DNA of 60,000 nt from Vicugna vicugna (GCA_013265495.1 MU057719.1:746001-806000); one strand, 5' to 3'; shown: positions 32,801 through 46,586, counted from the first letter of the stretch. Notes: generated from the letters alone by a model not told the origin. Translations and numbers: made by a program.

Positions 32801-35800
32801 ACATGTGCTCAGCTCTGCTTCCTCAGATTTAAGCCCACTGTTGCCCCCTGCCCTCCTGCCCCCTCCGTCCTCCTGGCCCCGTCTAAATCTGCCGTCGGGG
32901 CTGGTGGCAGTGATGGGTTCTGACAGGAAAGCAATGGCCAAGTCCACGTGTTCAGTCTCTGTGCCCCAGAGAAGGTCTGACTGCAGGGATTGGGTGGCAG
33001 AGCTGCACGTGGCGCCCGGGAGGCCGTCCTGAGGAGGGAACTGCTCTCTCGCTGTGGCGACCAAAGGGCTCCAGCCTCACACGGGGCTTACCATGGTGGC
33101 GTGACGTTTGTAACTGTCAGTCGCATCACCTTCTCCCTTTATTTAACGGAAGGGAAGCCGGCGTCCTCTGCAGCCTGTGCGGATAGAAGAAGGCAGGTTA
33201 CCGGGAGATGGCTTTCGTTGCAGAGTCTCATCGTCCAGACAGGAATCTCTTATTTTATCTCCTGTTTTTCAGCAAGACAGACTGGGGCCCCATGGCGGCC
33301 CCAGGCTCGCTCTGTGCGGACCCGGGGGCCCCGGGGGCCCGGCCGCAGCGTGGGCCTGGCAGGCGCTCCCTTCTTCAAGGCCACGGCTCTTCACTGTCAA
33401 GTGTACCAAAAGAGGAGTCCTTCTCTCACAGGGCTGTCAGGGGGCCTCAGTGACCACAGAGTGCCTCAAACTTAGCTGTCGCCAGTACAGACCTGGTCCA
33501 GCCCCACCCAGCGCAGGAGGCCTTGTCTGTCACCTGCTGGAAACCTGACCCACCTCTGGGCCCCAGATAACAAGGGCTTTGGCCCTCATCTCTGCTCCCC
33601 CCGGGCAGGGCACGTGAATGAATGAATGGATGGATGAAAGGATGAATGGATGCCTGGACTGGCTCTTCCTGCGGGAAGGGGTTTGTCTGGGAAAGTGACG
33701 ATCAGATCAAGAGAGCGCTTACTAACGCTTCCCGGGAGGGACAAATCTCCAAAACGGAAGAAACGACAAAACGGTCTGTCACCCACCACCCTGCGCAGCA
33801 CTCGTCCTGTGATTCACAGAGGGGCCCTGCGGGACCCTCAGCTGCTTCAAGCACCTCCCTCAGAGCCGTCATTTCCTCGCCCAGCGACCTTGAAGCTTCC
33901 TCAAGAATGAACTTAGTAAGCTTGCAGTCACAATGTTTTAAAATGTTTCAGGAATTAAAAATCATCAGTAATTTCTGTTCAAACAGACGAGGCTGTCTAT
34001 TCCAACCAGGGCAATTGGACTCCCCCCCCCACCACGTGTGCCTGCACAGGCGCATGCACACCCACATGCGTCCACTCGACCCCTTGCACACCTTCTTGTC
34101 TAAACCCTCTCGGTCTCACACACTTTGACGCCTTGTTTTTCTCCTGTTCACATCCAAACAACACTCCGTCCAAAACGCTCGACCTAGGGTGTGCGTGCAC
34201 TCTGCTGGCCAACATCACACAATAATCACAATGTCGGGGCGTTGCCCAGCTCCCAGCACTTTTAAAAGAAATTCATCTGGCCTCTGAATGGGCTTGACAT
34301 GGAGACATAGATTTGGTGACAGGAATGGATCCGCCACCAGCCCACTCGGTCGGGCAGAGCCCCTCAGGAGCGCAGACTGAGAGAACAAAGCTATTCAATG
34401 ACCAAGCAAAGGTCCATTTAGCAACGGCACAAAGGCACAGGCGGTTTCCGTAAGCACACCCTGGTGGAAATAGCAGAGGCTCCTGTCTTTCCAACCAGGG
34501 CCCTTTCTGGGAAAGAAGAACTTGGAAACTCTTTCGGTGGGTCCCTTTTGGTGCCCTGAGAGCCGCTGGGCAGTTGAAACAGAGGCTGGAGACAGGGGTT
34601 GCCCCACTGACCCCAGCAGCCATCGACCGCTCCTGAAATCTCACAGACTTCTAGGGCTGGAAGAGGCCCTCCAGCTCGGCCAGCCCGTCTCTGCTGTGAA
34701 GGGATGGCCAGCCGCTGCTTGGATACGTCTGGAGGTTGCAAAGTCACCCCTCCGGGAGGTTCCCAGAGAGAGAGCTGGAAAGGCTCTTGGCATTGTTCCC
34801 ACATCCCGGCACAAACTTCATTCCCTGAGCACTTCGCGCCTCTGCTCTCCGCAGGGCAGGGCTCGGGTCAGAAGCAGCAGCTGGGTAAGTACTCTTGGCT
34901 CCCAAGAACGTGATTCACTTTGTCCGAACTTCTATGTGACTGTGTGTGGCGTGTGGCTGCGGTTAGAAGGCTGAGTGGTGAGGCCAGTGCGTGTGAATTA
35001 AGCACATACATTGGCAGAGCCCTAGAGAGACACAGACATCGGTCAAGCCACCCCGAGAGACTGCCACACTTGCCCCCAGGAAACACGGGGCCATAAAGGT
35101 TCTATCTTTATTGCCTCGAGCTGATCTTACAGAAGCCCCATTTGCTGTCGGTGGAAAACGAGCCCTTGTAACCTGCCACGCATGTTGGGGTTTTCTCAAG
35201 CAACCTGGCCTTCTGTTGGATTTGAGTTGTATCCCTGAAGCTCTGCGTTGTGGAAAGATGCTGGTGATGGGGACATAGTAGCTGCCGTACACCGAAGTTG
35301 CCATGCAACTGAAAAGCAGATTGTAGTGGAAGGAACGCCAGTGATTGGGGCGGGGGAGGGTAGCGCCACAGCATTCCTCCCGCCCCCAGGCCTGTTTTGG
35401 GCCGCCAACCTGAAAGAACTGTGCGTAGCTCAAATCCTTTTTTTCATACACCAGGAGAAATTGCTATTTAGGGAAACCTGATGGTGAATTGTTTCTCTAA
35501 AGTCAGACCCATGAGTCCTCATTTCCCCCTATTTTGATTTTTGGACTTAGGTTTTTGCTTAAAATCAAGCCAGGCTTTGATCACACAAAGAGCAAGTCTG
35601 GTGGTGACCATCGGGCATCTCCATGCAAAGGAAATCCATTCAGTGCCGCCACCTCCCTGCTGGTGGCGTGAGCACGGGTAAGCCACCTCACTCCTGTTAC
35701 CACCTATACAGTGAGGATGGGAAAGCCATCTAGCTTACTTGTGGGGAATATTCAGCCAGTTTGCAGACAATGGCTCAGATGGCATCATGAGCAGCGCCAG

Positions 35801-37409
35801 GAAGCGGCTCTCTGCACGGCACAGGAAAGAAACCAGCCCTTCACGAGGTCAAGAGCTCCAGAGATCTGCAGCTGTCTGGACCCACCCCGTGAAGTTCTGC
35901 GGAGTGGGAATGAGAAGTAGGCATGGGGAGAAATGGAGGGCATGGCAGCTGGTTGGTAAAGAGGGTTTGGCAGTGAGGCTCCTTTTAAAATTCCTGGCAC
36001 ACATTTGCTAAGATCCAAGAAATCTTGGAAAAAAGAAAAAGTTGCTCAGTTGTCACCATCGGGGTTTTGACTGAATGTTGATTTAAAGGGTGCCTGCGCT
36101 GACGCCCAGGGCGCTGATTGGCTGGTGGCTCTGCGTGCCTCTCCTGGGTCTCTCCTTCTGTCTCCCTCTGTCTCCCTCCGACTCCTTGTATGGAATCTCT
36201 ATTAACATTTCCATCTTTTCCCCTAGTCTGGGGACAACGCGGAAAATCTGGAAAGACAGCATTGGGAGCACATGCCTGAGAATCGGCACAACCCAGCCCC
36301 AGTCTGCTCCTAAGCGCCAAGTCTTCAGCTGCAGACTCAGGGGAGCAGCAGTGTCTATCTCATCGGATTGTTGCGAGGACTAAATGAGACAACACAGGAC
36401 AAGTGTTTAGCCTTGTGTCTGGAACATATTAAGCACATAATGAGTGATGCTTATCATGAGACAAGTGCCTGGTGGAAGCAGGTAATGTGCAGAGTTAACT
36501 AATGAATTAAGCACAGCCACTGGTCCCTTAGGAAATGAGGCAGGTGACATTTAATTGTCCTGCTTGGAAGGGACAGAGATGCTCACGGGGCAGGCACCAG
36601 CTCTTCCGGTTAGTGAAGAGGAATGAGATACTTGCCTGGTTTGTTATAAGGAAACTCTCCAGGGGCAAAAGGGCTCAAATAGCTCTGGATAACTGGGCAG
36701 CAACCCTTGCTAGGGGACCTGGCTAGGGCAGGCAGCAGGCTGGACATGTGGAGTCTGTTTGGTTTGTAAGAACTCACCTCTTGGCTCTGTGGTGTGGCTC
36801 TGAGCAAGTCACTTAGCCTTCTGTCCTCAGCCCATCTGCCAGGTGGCAATGGACTCCAAGCAGGTCACGTTTGTTTGTTTTCAGTATTCTCATCTCTAGA
36901 ATGGGGGTGAAGTAACACATTCTTCCTACCAGGGTATGTCTTCTCATAGGGAACCTAAGGGTCAGTAAGGCAGACATTCATGAGCACTTTCACTGTGCCT
37001 GGCATGGTTTCTCAGTGTTTAATGTATTCTAACTCAGACCCTTTCACGTTCCAGACCTTGCTCAGTTCAGGGGCTCTGTGGCTGCAGCCTCCTCCTGAGT
37101 GTCTGCAGGGACCGAGTTCACTCACTCAGAGCTCGCTGGAGCACTCATCCCAGGAGGAAGGACCTTACATCAGAAAGTTCTGCCTGGTACCCAGCCCAAG
37201 TCTGCCTCACTTCAACTCCTGGCTGTTGGTCCCAACTCTGTGCTTTGAGGTCCTGAGGAAGAAGTCTTTTCCCTCCCCTGTGTGTGCCTCGAGAGGTCCA
37301 ACAGCAGCCAGGGTGCCCCCAGTGCTGGCCAGCCCAGAGCAGAACCAGCACTGCCTCTTCCCTCACTTGCTTCGTGGCTGCTAACCAAGAGAATGGGAAA
37401 CAATCAGGA

Positions 37410-37605
37410 TAAAAGCAAGCGTTCACTGAGCACTCACTGTGTGCCAGGCCCCCAGATGTCGTTGTATTTCACTCTCAGAGCAACCTTACAGGCACTGCTA
37501 CAGGCCCATTTTGAAGATGAGGACCAGAGACTCCCCAGGTGAGGGACTTCCCCCAAGGTCGAACTGTTGATAAACAGCAGTTTCGGCCTGACTCCAAATC
37601 TCAAC
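37410..37605 (-). mobile_element. MIR fragment
   Basis: cactgagcactcactgtgtgccaggc..cccattttgaagatgagga..ttcccccaaggtc..ctgactccaaa. Confidence 0.6.
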
Positions 37606-38400
37606 GCTGTGGAAACCGGGAGCGCCAGGAAAGCAGGCGAAGAGCAACGGGAGCCCCGCAGGGTGCGGGGCGGGGGTGGGGGCGTCCCCAGGCCGGCAGA
37701 CGGGAGCGAGCCTCGTCCCAGAGAGGACGAGCCGTCAGCACCAGGGACAGCTCCCGGGCTGCTCCCCGCAGCCCCCGACGACGGCGCGCGGGCCGGCGGC
37801 GCGCTCCCCGCCAGACTCGGGCGCGCGCCCTCCCCGCCTGCGCGCGCGCCCCGCGCCCGGGACTGGGCTGGAGCTGCGCGCGTGCGGCTCGCCGGGAGCC
37901 AGCCTGGGCGTCCGGAGCCGCGGTGCCGCCGGCGCGGGCAGGGGGCTCCCGCCTGGGCACGCAGTCGCCTCCCGCGCGCCTCCGGGGCCTCCCCAGCGCC
38001 CGCCTCGCCCGCCGGGCCCCCTCAGGCGCCGCAGCCGTGGCCTGGGCTTGAGTGGCGGCTACCAGCTGCGCCCGGCCTGGGACGGACGCCGGACCGCCCC
38101 GTCACGTGCGCCCAAGTCCTCGGCCGGCCGGGGCCGCGCGGTTCCCATGGTTCAAGGTAAGGGCCGAGCGGGCGCGCGGGTCACGGGGCGTGGGGGCAGA
38201 GGACGCAGACGGGGAAGCCCTGGCTCAGTGCCCACCTCGCCTGCGCACCCACCTCACCTAGAGCGCCCACTGCAGCCTGCTCCGGCTGCCCTGCGCCGGT
38301 TCCGTGCCCCACGCAGCTGCCGGGCCGGCGACACCCGTCCCATCTTAGCCGCCCTCAGAGTGCGCCCCTGCTGAGGAAGCTGTGGACAGAGACCGAGGTG
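37600..38400 (+). promoter_or_regulatory. CpG island promoter; probable 5' end and non-coding first exon of FAM163B (divergent from DBH)
   Basis: Very high CpG density, with GC boxes and a CACGTG E-box. Strong plus-strand donor CAAG|GTAAGG, exon ending at 38156. Gene identity is inferred only from the known mammalian order ADAMTSL2-FAM163B-DBH-SARDH; no FAM163B coding sequence is in the window. Confidence 0.6.
37734..37754 (+). promoter_or_regulatory. RE1/NRSE (REST binding site)
   Basis: GTCAGCACCAGGGACAGCTCC versus consensus TTCAGCACCACGGACAGCGCC: 18/21, both half-sites intact, canonical spacing. Confidence 0.8.
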
Positions 38401-38609
38401 GGCAGCAAGGGCCCAAGGGAGAGGCAGGGGCAGCGACACTGTGCCTGGGGACACCTTGTCCCCCTCCTGGCCTGGGGATGGGGGTATTGGAGCAGGAAAG
38501 TTTCCAGGAGGAGCCTGGTCCCCGTGCTCTCCGCTGCCAGGGGCTGAGACCTTCCATTCACTGAGATTTGCCTTCTGGAAGACAGCATGCTGGCCGCTGC
38601 GTTATCATC

Positions 38610-38755
38610 TGTTCAGTCCACCCAGAACCCATGAGAAAGGGGGCACTGGTGCCATCCGACCCACGAGGAAACCGAGGCTCAGGGAAGTTTAGTCACGTGC
38701 CCAAGGTCACACAGCCAGTAAGTGGTAGAGCTGGCCTCAGATGTGCCAGCCTGTC
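38610..38755 (-). mobile_element. MIR fragment
   Basis: gaggaaaccgaggctcagggaagtttagtcacgtgcccaaggtcacacagccagtaagtggtagagctgg. Confidence 0.75.
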
Positions 38756-41700
38756 ACTGCCACCCCCCTCACGCTCACCTTTATTTGAAATCTCGGCTTA
38801 AGTGGGGGAAGGGGAGCATCCAACTGACATTTGGGTTTTCCCAGTCTGGAATGAAAAGACTCTACGAACACCAAAAATCCAGGAGAGATTTCCTGTCCAC
38901 TCTCCCAGCTGTGCCATCTCACCCCACTCGGTGTCCTGGACTCCCAAGGCCCAGGGCCTCGTGGACACAAGTAATCCCACCGGTGTGCAGCCCCCGGCGG
39001 CTCTGAGACTAGACTCTCAAGGGTCAAGTTCACTGACCCTTCTCCGAGGATAAGGGGGTGTCCTGGAGGCCATAGCCCCAGCATGCCCCCTTGCACATTC
39101 CCCAGGAAGCTGGCTCAGGAAAGCCGGAGGGGACACCCCGCCAGCCTTCCTGCAGTGTCCTGCTCCACCCAGGCCAGGCCAGGCTTTTGGGGAGGGGGGT
39201 GCTCCCAGGAACAATGAGAATTTCCAACCCCTAAAAGTTCAAGTTTGCCAGGAAAGACACACATGCCCATCTTCCCACATTCCCCCTCTTCCAAAGGCAT
39301 TGAGGATGGAGTCTAGGTGACCATGGCTCTTCTAACCTAAGCAGGTGAGCCAAGCACCTGTGCTGGGGGAGAGGTTGTTTAATCCTGTGTGCACTGACTA
39401 CAGGCTTTCTAAAGAGCTTGTGTGCTGGGAACTTGTGAAAAATCCATCTCACTCCTGACGCTGGAGCCCCGGCAATGTGGGGCTCTCTCCATTCATTCTT
39501 TTACTTGGCAGGGTCTGTTAAGCACCTGCATGTATAACAAGGTGAAAAGGACAGACAGGCTGACCCTTGTGCCCAGATCCTGCCGACTTCCCATTTCCCC
39601 ATCAGCTGTGTTTCCAGTGGGGCTGACTGGTCCGGATGCACTTGGAAAGCTTGGAAATGGCCTCCGGAAGGATTTGGGTCTGAGAAGGACCCACAGGCTG
39701 TCCCAGCCTCAGTGGCCCCAGGATGCATGCAGGTGGGGGCTCCAGGGACACTTGCTGCCCTTTCTGGAGTGAGCTGCTGCTCTGCCCTGGGCACTGACGC
39801 ACAGAAAAGAGGCGGCTTCTTCACCCCTGCCTTTCCAGTGGGGACCCCAAAGCCCCCACCCCAGCCTCTGAGACTTTGAGCCCTCAGACACACATTGCTT
39901 ACACCAGCACGATTGTCAAACGTGGATAAAGGCACTTGGGGGAAAGGTAGGCAGAGCTGGAGGAGCCAAGAATTATCTGCCCAGACCTGTCCACCTTTCT
40001 GGGTGACCTTGGCCAAGTCACTCTCCCTCTCCAGACCTCAGTTTCCCATATGTGACATGATGGGGCAGATCATGTGAGGTCCCCAGTGGGCCATTGCAGC
40101 TTGTTCATCTAAGCCCCGAGTGGAGGGGGTAGGCCTGAGAGAAGCCACAGTATTGGGGCAGTTCAGAGGGGTTTTGAAATCTCAGGGTGGACCTGAGCTC
40201 AAGCGCCCAGTGCCACCAGTCCCACTCCCCACTCAAGGGAGCACCCCAGTCCAGCACATTTGGGGCTGCTTCTAAGTCGCTGACTCCTGGTGCTGGTCCT
40301 GGGTGAGCCCCCTAGTCCAGCCAGCCCGGAGGCTGCCCAGCACCGGGACCCACTCCCGCAGAGAGGCCTCTGGACTCCTGCCATGTGGGCCGGCTCCAGG
40401 GAGTGATGGCAGCGGGATCCGCGAGGAGTAATTACCGCGCTCAGGAGGAGCGAGGGGGCAGGCGGAGCTGCGGGAGAGATTTATCACATCTCAGTAAATT
40501 GCACCTGACTCTAGGCTCGCTGGGCGGGAGGCAAGGCAGAGCGGCAGCCGGCCCTGTCCCGTCCTCCGCGCAGCTCCCAGCCCCGCCCCACTCTCCAAAG
40601 TCCGAGTCTGTGCATCAGCAAGAAGGCCATTCGTGCGGCAGAGAGAGCGGGTTCCAGGCTACCCTGGGCAAGTCAGTCAGCCTCCTTATGTGCAAGAACG
40701 GGGTGCTCGCACCTTCCCCACTGGCTGTGGGGGCCAGCTGGGGATCCCGGCCGCCAGCCTGGGCGCCCAGCGTCTGCTCCAGGTCTGCCCCACCGAGGCC
40801 ACAGTAGCCCAGCTGCTCAGCTGCTCAGCCAGGCTCTGCTGCTCTTCACGGCGCTGGCTTTCCTTGCGGTGTCAGTCCTTTTGGGTTTGCTCCAGAGGGA
40901 ATTTGACAAGCCCAGCATCTTCGGCATTTGCCAGCTCCTCTCCGTCCACTGTTGAGCAGAGAGGCTCCTGGGTACGGGGTGCGCTCATTTCTCTTTGCAA
41001 AGCTCTTTGTTCCCTTTGGACTTAGGTCCCCTCCCTGAATAGGCTCAAGCTGGGGAACCTCCCCCAGGCCTTGGCCCAGCCCCCTTGCCGGGGGCTTCCT
41101 GAGGATGGAGGCCACTGCAAGAGGGAACCGGGGCAGGTGGACCAACTTGTCCTAGGTGGGGAGTGGGCTGTGGCAAGAGCCTCGAATTCAGACTGAGTCT
41201 TGGGTTCCAAGCCTGAAGTTGCTGTTTCCTGGCTGTGGGAACCTGGGCTTTCGGCTCCTAGGCTGGAAAATGGAGTCTGCGGCCCCTTCTTCCCTGGAAG
41301 ATTAAGTAAACAATCCTGGTGCAAGAGCTAGGGCCTTGGAAATGGGGAGTGGGTTGGGGGTCAGATTAGGCAACGCTGTAAGCCCAGCTCGGCAGGCGGG
41401 CTCTCTCCCAGGCCCACGGGAACGGCAGGTGTTGAGAGCCCGGAGGACCGCTGCTGGATCTGGCCTTTAGAGAACGCTCTCCAGCTGCAGGGTGGAGGGT
41501 GCCTTGGAGAGGGTGAGGCTGGAGGGAGGGAGGTTTGGGAGGGGGCCGCTCATCCGGCCAGGGGGGAAATGATGGAGGCCTGGGCCAGAAAGCGGGAAGA
41601 TACCGGGCTCAGCTTTACCAGGTTGTAGAGGTGTGCACAGGCTGGACCAGCCGGGAGACCCAGGTGGAGGCTGGTCAAGGGCCTGAGCAGCGGCCCCAGA

Positions 41701-42189
41701 ACAAGCCAGGCTCCAGAGCTGCAGCCTCATCTGCTGCCTCCCTTGGCTGCTGAGGACAGGTTGGCAGGGTGGCCGGGTGAATAAGAGCACAGCCCCTGGG
41801 GCTGACCAGAGCTATATTTGTATCCAAGCTGTGTGTCTTTGGTGAAGTTACTGAGTGTCTCTGGGCCTTAGGTTCTTCATTCATAACATGACAGCAATAA
41901 CTTCTATGTCGTAGGGTGTTCCAGCTGATGGAGGAGGGGAGTTCACGCACTGCTGAGCCCTAGCAAAAACCTCTTTTCCGGTCCAGGTCTACCCCGGGGC
42001 AGCCCCTACCAGTGCTCACGTCCTGGCTCAGCCACAGGCTGGCCTCGGGGCTGCCCTGCCAAGCAGGTAAACCCCACACTGGGACCACACTGGCTCCCTG
42101 ACCGCCACCTGCATCTTGATTTTTCCCAGTCAGGTCCACAGTGTCTGCCTGCCACAGCAGTGGCAAAGGTGGCCCCTCAGGGTGCTCCC

Positions 42190-42296
42190 AGGCTGGGAGC
42201 CTGCTGGGAATTCAGATTCTCAGGCCCCCTCCAGCCCTGCTTTCAAAGCTCCCTAGGTAATTCTTGTGCTCAGTGAAGTCTGAGACACACTGCTCC
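42190..42296. mobile_element. MER5-like hAT fragment
   Basis: cagattctcaggccccctcc..aagctccctaggtaattctt..gaagtctgagacacactg. Confidence 0.5.
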
Positions 42297-45200
42297 AGAA
42301 AACGTAGCCTGGGCCGGAACAGAGAGGGGCCCTGCCTGCCGGGAGCTGTCATCGGGGACCTTGTCTCCTTGATGCGCCCCACGTTCTTAATGAACATGCA
42401 TTAATTTTGATCTCTGGTAAAGGGTTTGGTAAAATGAAGTAAATGCATGCTTGCTGTAGAAGAAAGTCAAGCCCTTCCAGCTCTGTTTGTCACAAAGGAA
42501 AAGCCCCAGTTTCGGGCTGTGGCCCTGGTGCTTAGCTGTCAGTCACTTGCCGCAGGCATCACCGGGCGCCACCGAGCGCTCTTCCGCGGGTCTTCCTCCC
42601 CTGTCCCTTCCTCAGCCACCCTGGAGCATCCTTCCACGCCAGCCCCCATTCTCCCACTGATTGGCCTGAACCCGTGTTAGTAAACAGGTTCATAGGTCAT
42701 CCGGGTTTTCGTCTGTGTTGTGTAGTTTTTACAGACTTGTTCAACAGCGTGATCCCCACAGGGAAGGATCTCCTGGCCTGGGGTAGGGGGATACGGGGGG
42801 GCACGCACTTGTGAATAGAATGAGATCGCAGGGCAGGGGCAGTTTCCAGTGGGCGGTAGCCTGGGTGTGAGGCGGCAGGGGTCCCAGATTCAGAAGAAGG
42901 TACCCAGTGGGCTGGAGCAATCAGGGAGGGCTTCCTGGAGGTGGAAGTTGAGCTAAGCCCTGAAGGATGAGTGAGTTTGGAGCCCGGAGGAGCAGGCGTG
43001 GTGGAGAGATGGGGCGTTTCTGCCCTCGCAGGGATGCGGGAACACCAGTCCATTGACTCTGGCTGATAATTGGTGTCCCACTGGAGATGCCCTGACCCTT
43101 CCCAGCTCCCCGCTCCCTGTGAGGGTGGGAGGGAACCAGCCAGGCCACATCCCAGTGGTCACAGTGGCTTTCAGCACTCAAATCTGTGCTGTGATTGAGT
43201 GGTTTCCCCAGGTGTGGCCCCCGCTCTCACCCTCTGGTCTCCCTGCCAGGCTTAAAAAGGCTCTCGCCCTCACTCGCTCCCTGGGCAGAGGGGGTTTTGC
43301 TACAGACCAAGGAGGGGCCCACCGCAGAGCCCCCGCCCTGCCCCACGGCCCAGCCGCGCCAGAGGGGGTCGGAGCTCCTGCCAACGCGTCCCCCTAGTGT
43401 GAGCTCACATTATTTTGCCAAGGGAGATAGGAGGCAGGAAAGCCCGGGGCTGCGGTGGGGGCCTCGGGGACCGCGTCTGCATGCAGGGGAGGCAGCCTGG
43501 GAAGCGTCCTTCGTCTGTCTGTAACACCGTCCAGGGCCTCACTGTGCAGTCTGAAATGTCTCGTTTACACCGTTTTCCAAAATTCTTCCACTCGGCTTGG
43601 GCAGATGCACCTTTGCTCCATCCACTCAGGGACTTTCCTAAGACCAGATAAACATGCTCTTTTTTCCGACTCAGAGGCAAGTACCTGATTCAGACATCCT
43701 TTCTCTACGTGGAGAACCTCCCACCCCACCAGCCACTGCTCCCAGAGCCCAGCAGAGCCTCTGGCTTAGAGAAGGACCCCCGTTTAGGGCCAGGAACCGC
43801 GTGTCTTTCTTGTCGGGGTCTCCCCTTGACATATTGCAGAACCAGCAACGGCTCTGAGGAGGGCTGATCCCAAGTGCGATGATCCGATTCCGGTTTGAAG
43901 GAGGGCAGAGGATAAAGTCATACTTCACCCGACGGAGAGCAGCCTCTCTTTCGGCGGTGTGCACGCTTCTGGTGTTTACCTGTGTTTAAGGTTTGTTTGG
44001 TTAAAACACTCATGATGCAGAAGGCTCCTGGCTCCGTACGAACCCATTTACAAAATTAAAAATAGAGTCGACTTTAATTTTACCTTCATGCAACTTCCCA
44101 CACGAGTGTTCCCTCTAATTGCTAAACAGATTTCTATTTCCAAAAAAAAAATTTTTTGTTTCACGACACAGTGTCTTGAATGATCACTTTCATGGTTGTT
44201 TTTACCACCGTTGGGCCGTGTCTTGTTTTGGGCCATCTGCCCTTTTCTCCCTGGGCCCATCCGCGTCGGTGCGGTGAGACCTGAGGGGAGGGCGAGGAGG
44301 AGGGCGTCGGGGGGGCTGGACGGGGGGGCCGGCAGGGCTGCAGATTCAGCAGGATGCTCAGAGCAGGCACAAGGGTTAGGACCCAGCAGCTCAGCTCAAC
44401 CCACAGCACCGGCTCCCCCCAGCTGGTGGCCGTAGGCGCGTGATGAAACTTCCCCGTGCACTAGTTTGCCGGTCCACACGAACAGGGATGGCAGTACCTC
44501 TCGGTGAGGACTCATCATCTCCCCGTGAGACCCCACGCACCCTGTAGGAACACGGCGAGTGGCACCCGGTGCTAGATTCTGGGCTCTCTGGGCCTGGTGG
44601 GTGGCGGGGCTGTGAAATGGCACCTGTGCTGGGCCTCGGGTTTCATGTGTTGTTGCGTGCGGCTGGGGTCCGTGCTGAAAACCCGTCCCCACTGAGGATA
44701 GGTCCCAGACCCCCGCACGGTCCAGGGTGGCCTGCAGGGAACAGACCTTGCCAACGCCCCCAGCCTCGTTACTTTCCTATCTCCCTCACTCTGGAAGACT
44801 CGAGACCCTTCATCCCGGGAGGTCCTCCTGCCGCCTCGCCTCCCTGCCTGTGCAGGTCCTGGCTTTCATGTCAGCCCTGCAGGGAGGCGTCCCTGACCTC
44901 GCGCCTCCTCCCCAAGAGGTCAGACCCTCCCCAGCGGCCTCCCTCTGCGTGCAGCCCTGCGGCCCATCGAGGATGGCACCTGGCAGCCTGGCTCCCCCCG
45001 AGCCCAGACCGGGCCCGGGGCTGGCAGCCGGGCAGGGACGCTTGTAGATCTCTGTCCGACTGCTGGGTGTTTTTGTGCTGTTCTGAGGGCCAACCTCGTC
45101 TGCGGGGCGGTGGCCTCTGCCCGGCCTTCCTGGACTGACATTCCACCATCCGAGCCACAAACAGCGTCTCTTTTCCCATAAGGGTCTCCCTTCCAAATGT

Positions 45201-46586
45201 GCCAAACCTGTTCAGGGAAGAAGGGGCTCAAAGTGTTCCAGAGACGGGAAGCCAGCCAGCAGGGCAGGGGCGGGGCCAGAGCCAAGGGGCCCCGGCGGCA
45301 GCAGGGTCTGTTCCCTGCCCCGTCCGCAGTCCTCCAGCCCAGGGACGTCACCGTCAGAGGGTGGTTCTGGGGCTGGTGGCCTCACTTGATCGGGCTTCTG
45401 CTCTCGGCGAGGCCTCGGGGATTAATGCTGCATTCTTCATTGACAACCACTGGTTTTGGAAAAAAAAAAAATCACTTAATCTGTAAGACGGGCCTTTTCA
45501 ACAACACGCCTACGTTCACTTAAAAATGGCTGAGCCCGATTTTTTTAAAAAGGAAAATTGATGAAAACAGATTGCTTCGGGCAGGGTCTTGGCTGCAGCC
45601 TGAGCCATGAGGACGGCCCAGGGTGGCTGAGTTGCCCACAGGAGTTTATAAGGGGGTTGCTGGGTCGGCTGCAGTGGCCGGGGCTGCAGGCGTGGGAGGA
45701 CGGCTGTCGTGAGCTTACAGCCTCGAGGCCTGCAGGCCCAGCGGCCCCCAGCGCCGTAAACTGTCGGATCGAAGAGGGGAGTGAGTGGATGAGGGGTGAG
45801 GACCGGACCAAGGCTGCCTGCTGCCCGCAGAGGCCTCTGCCCCCAGGAAGATGGGGCACATGCAGGGGGCCCCTCCTCAGGGGTCCTCCTGGCTTGGACT
45901 TGGGGTGCCCCCAGGGAGCAGTGAAAAGCTTGGGATTTGGCCAGGAGTCACAGGAGGTCCCGCCCTCCTCCGTCCCCTGGGGAGAGTTGGAGAGCCGACT
46001 GCTCAGCTGGACCACCTTGGATGAACTGTGATTCCAAGAAGGAAAAAAAATTCCTTTTCTGTTCGCTGGACAGCTGATTAAGCCAGGTAGCATGCGAAGT
46101 CCCTTCTGAATCTCAGAGAAAAAGATGTGGGGCCTCCGGTTGTAGGCAGCCGTTGCCCCGAGGCCCTGATTTTCTGAGACTCCAGGATAGGTGTGCTTGG
46201 ATGCTGGGAGCCCCCAGTTCCACCACCTTGGGTCCACCCCTCCCGCCAGCTCCACGGGTTCCCTGGTTGCCTGCCCACCCTTTCGCCCCGTGTCCCCACC
46301 TTCCTCCTTCCCCTGCCCCACTAGAGACCCTCCCTGAAGCCACAGAGCGGGAGCTGGGCCTGCTTTAAATGGGCCGCACTGATCTCAGACAGGGCGGGGG
46401 CCCAGAGCGGCTCCCCGGTAGGTGCCAGGTCACCTGGGGCATCTGAACTTACAGGGTGTGCCCAGGTGGGCGGAGGTAGCACGCCTCTGCCCCCAGTGCT
46501 GGGCCGTCCAGCCAGTCTCTTCAGAACAGCCAGGTGGCTTGGCTCATCTTTGTCCCTGCTCCATCTGCTCTTACTGACTGTTAGCA

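Noticed and set aside
37539..38374. Arg/Ala/Pro-rich ORFs over the CpG island
   Set aside because: Stop codons are depleted by extreme GC content, and there is no recognisable protein family.
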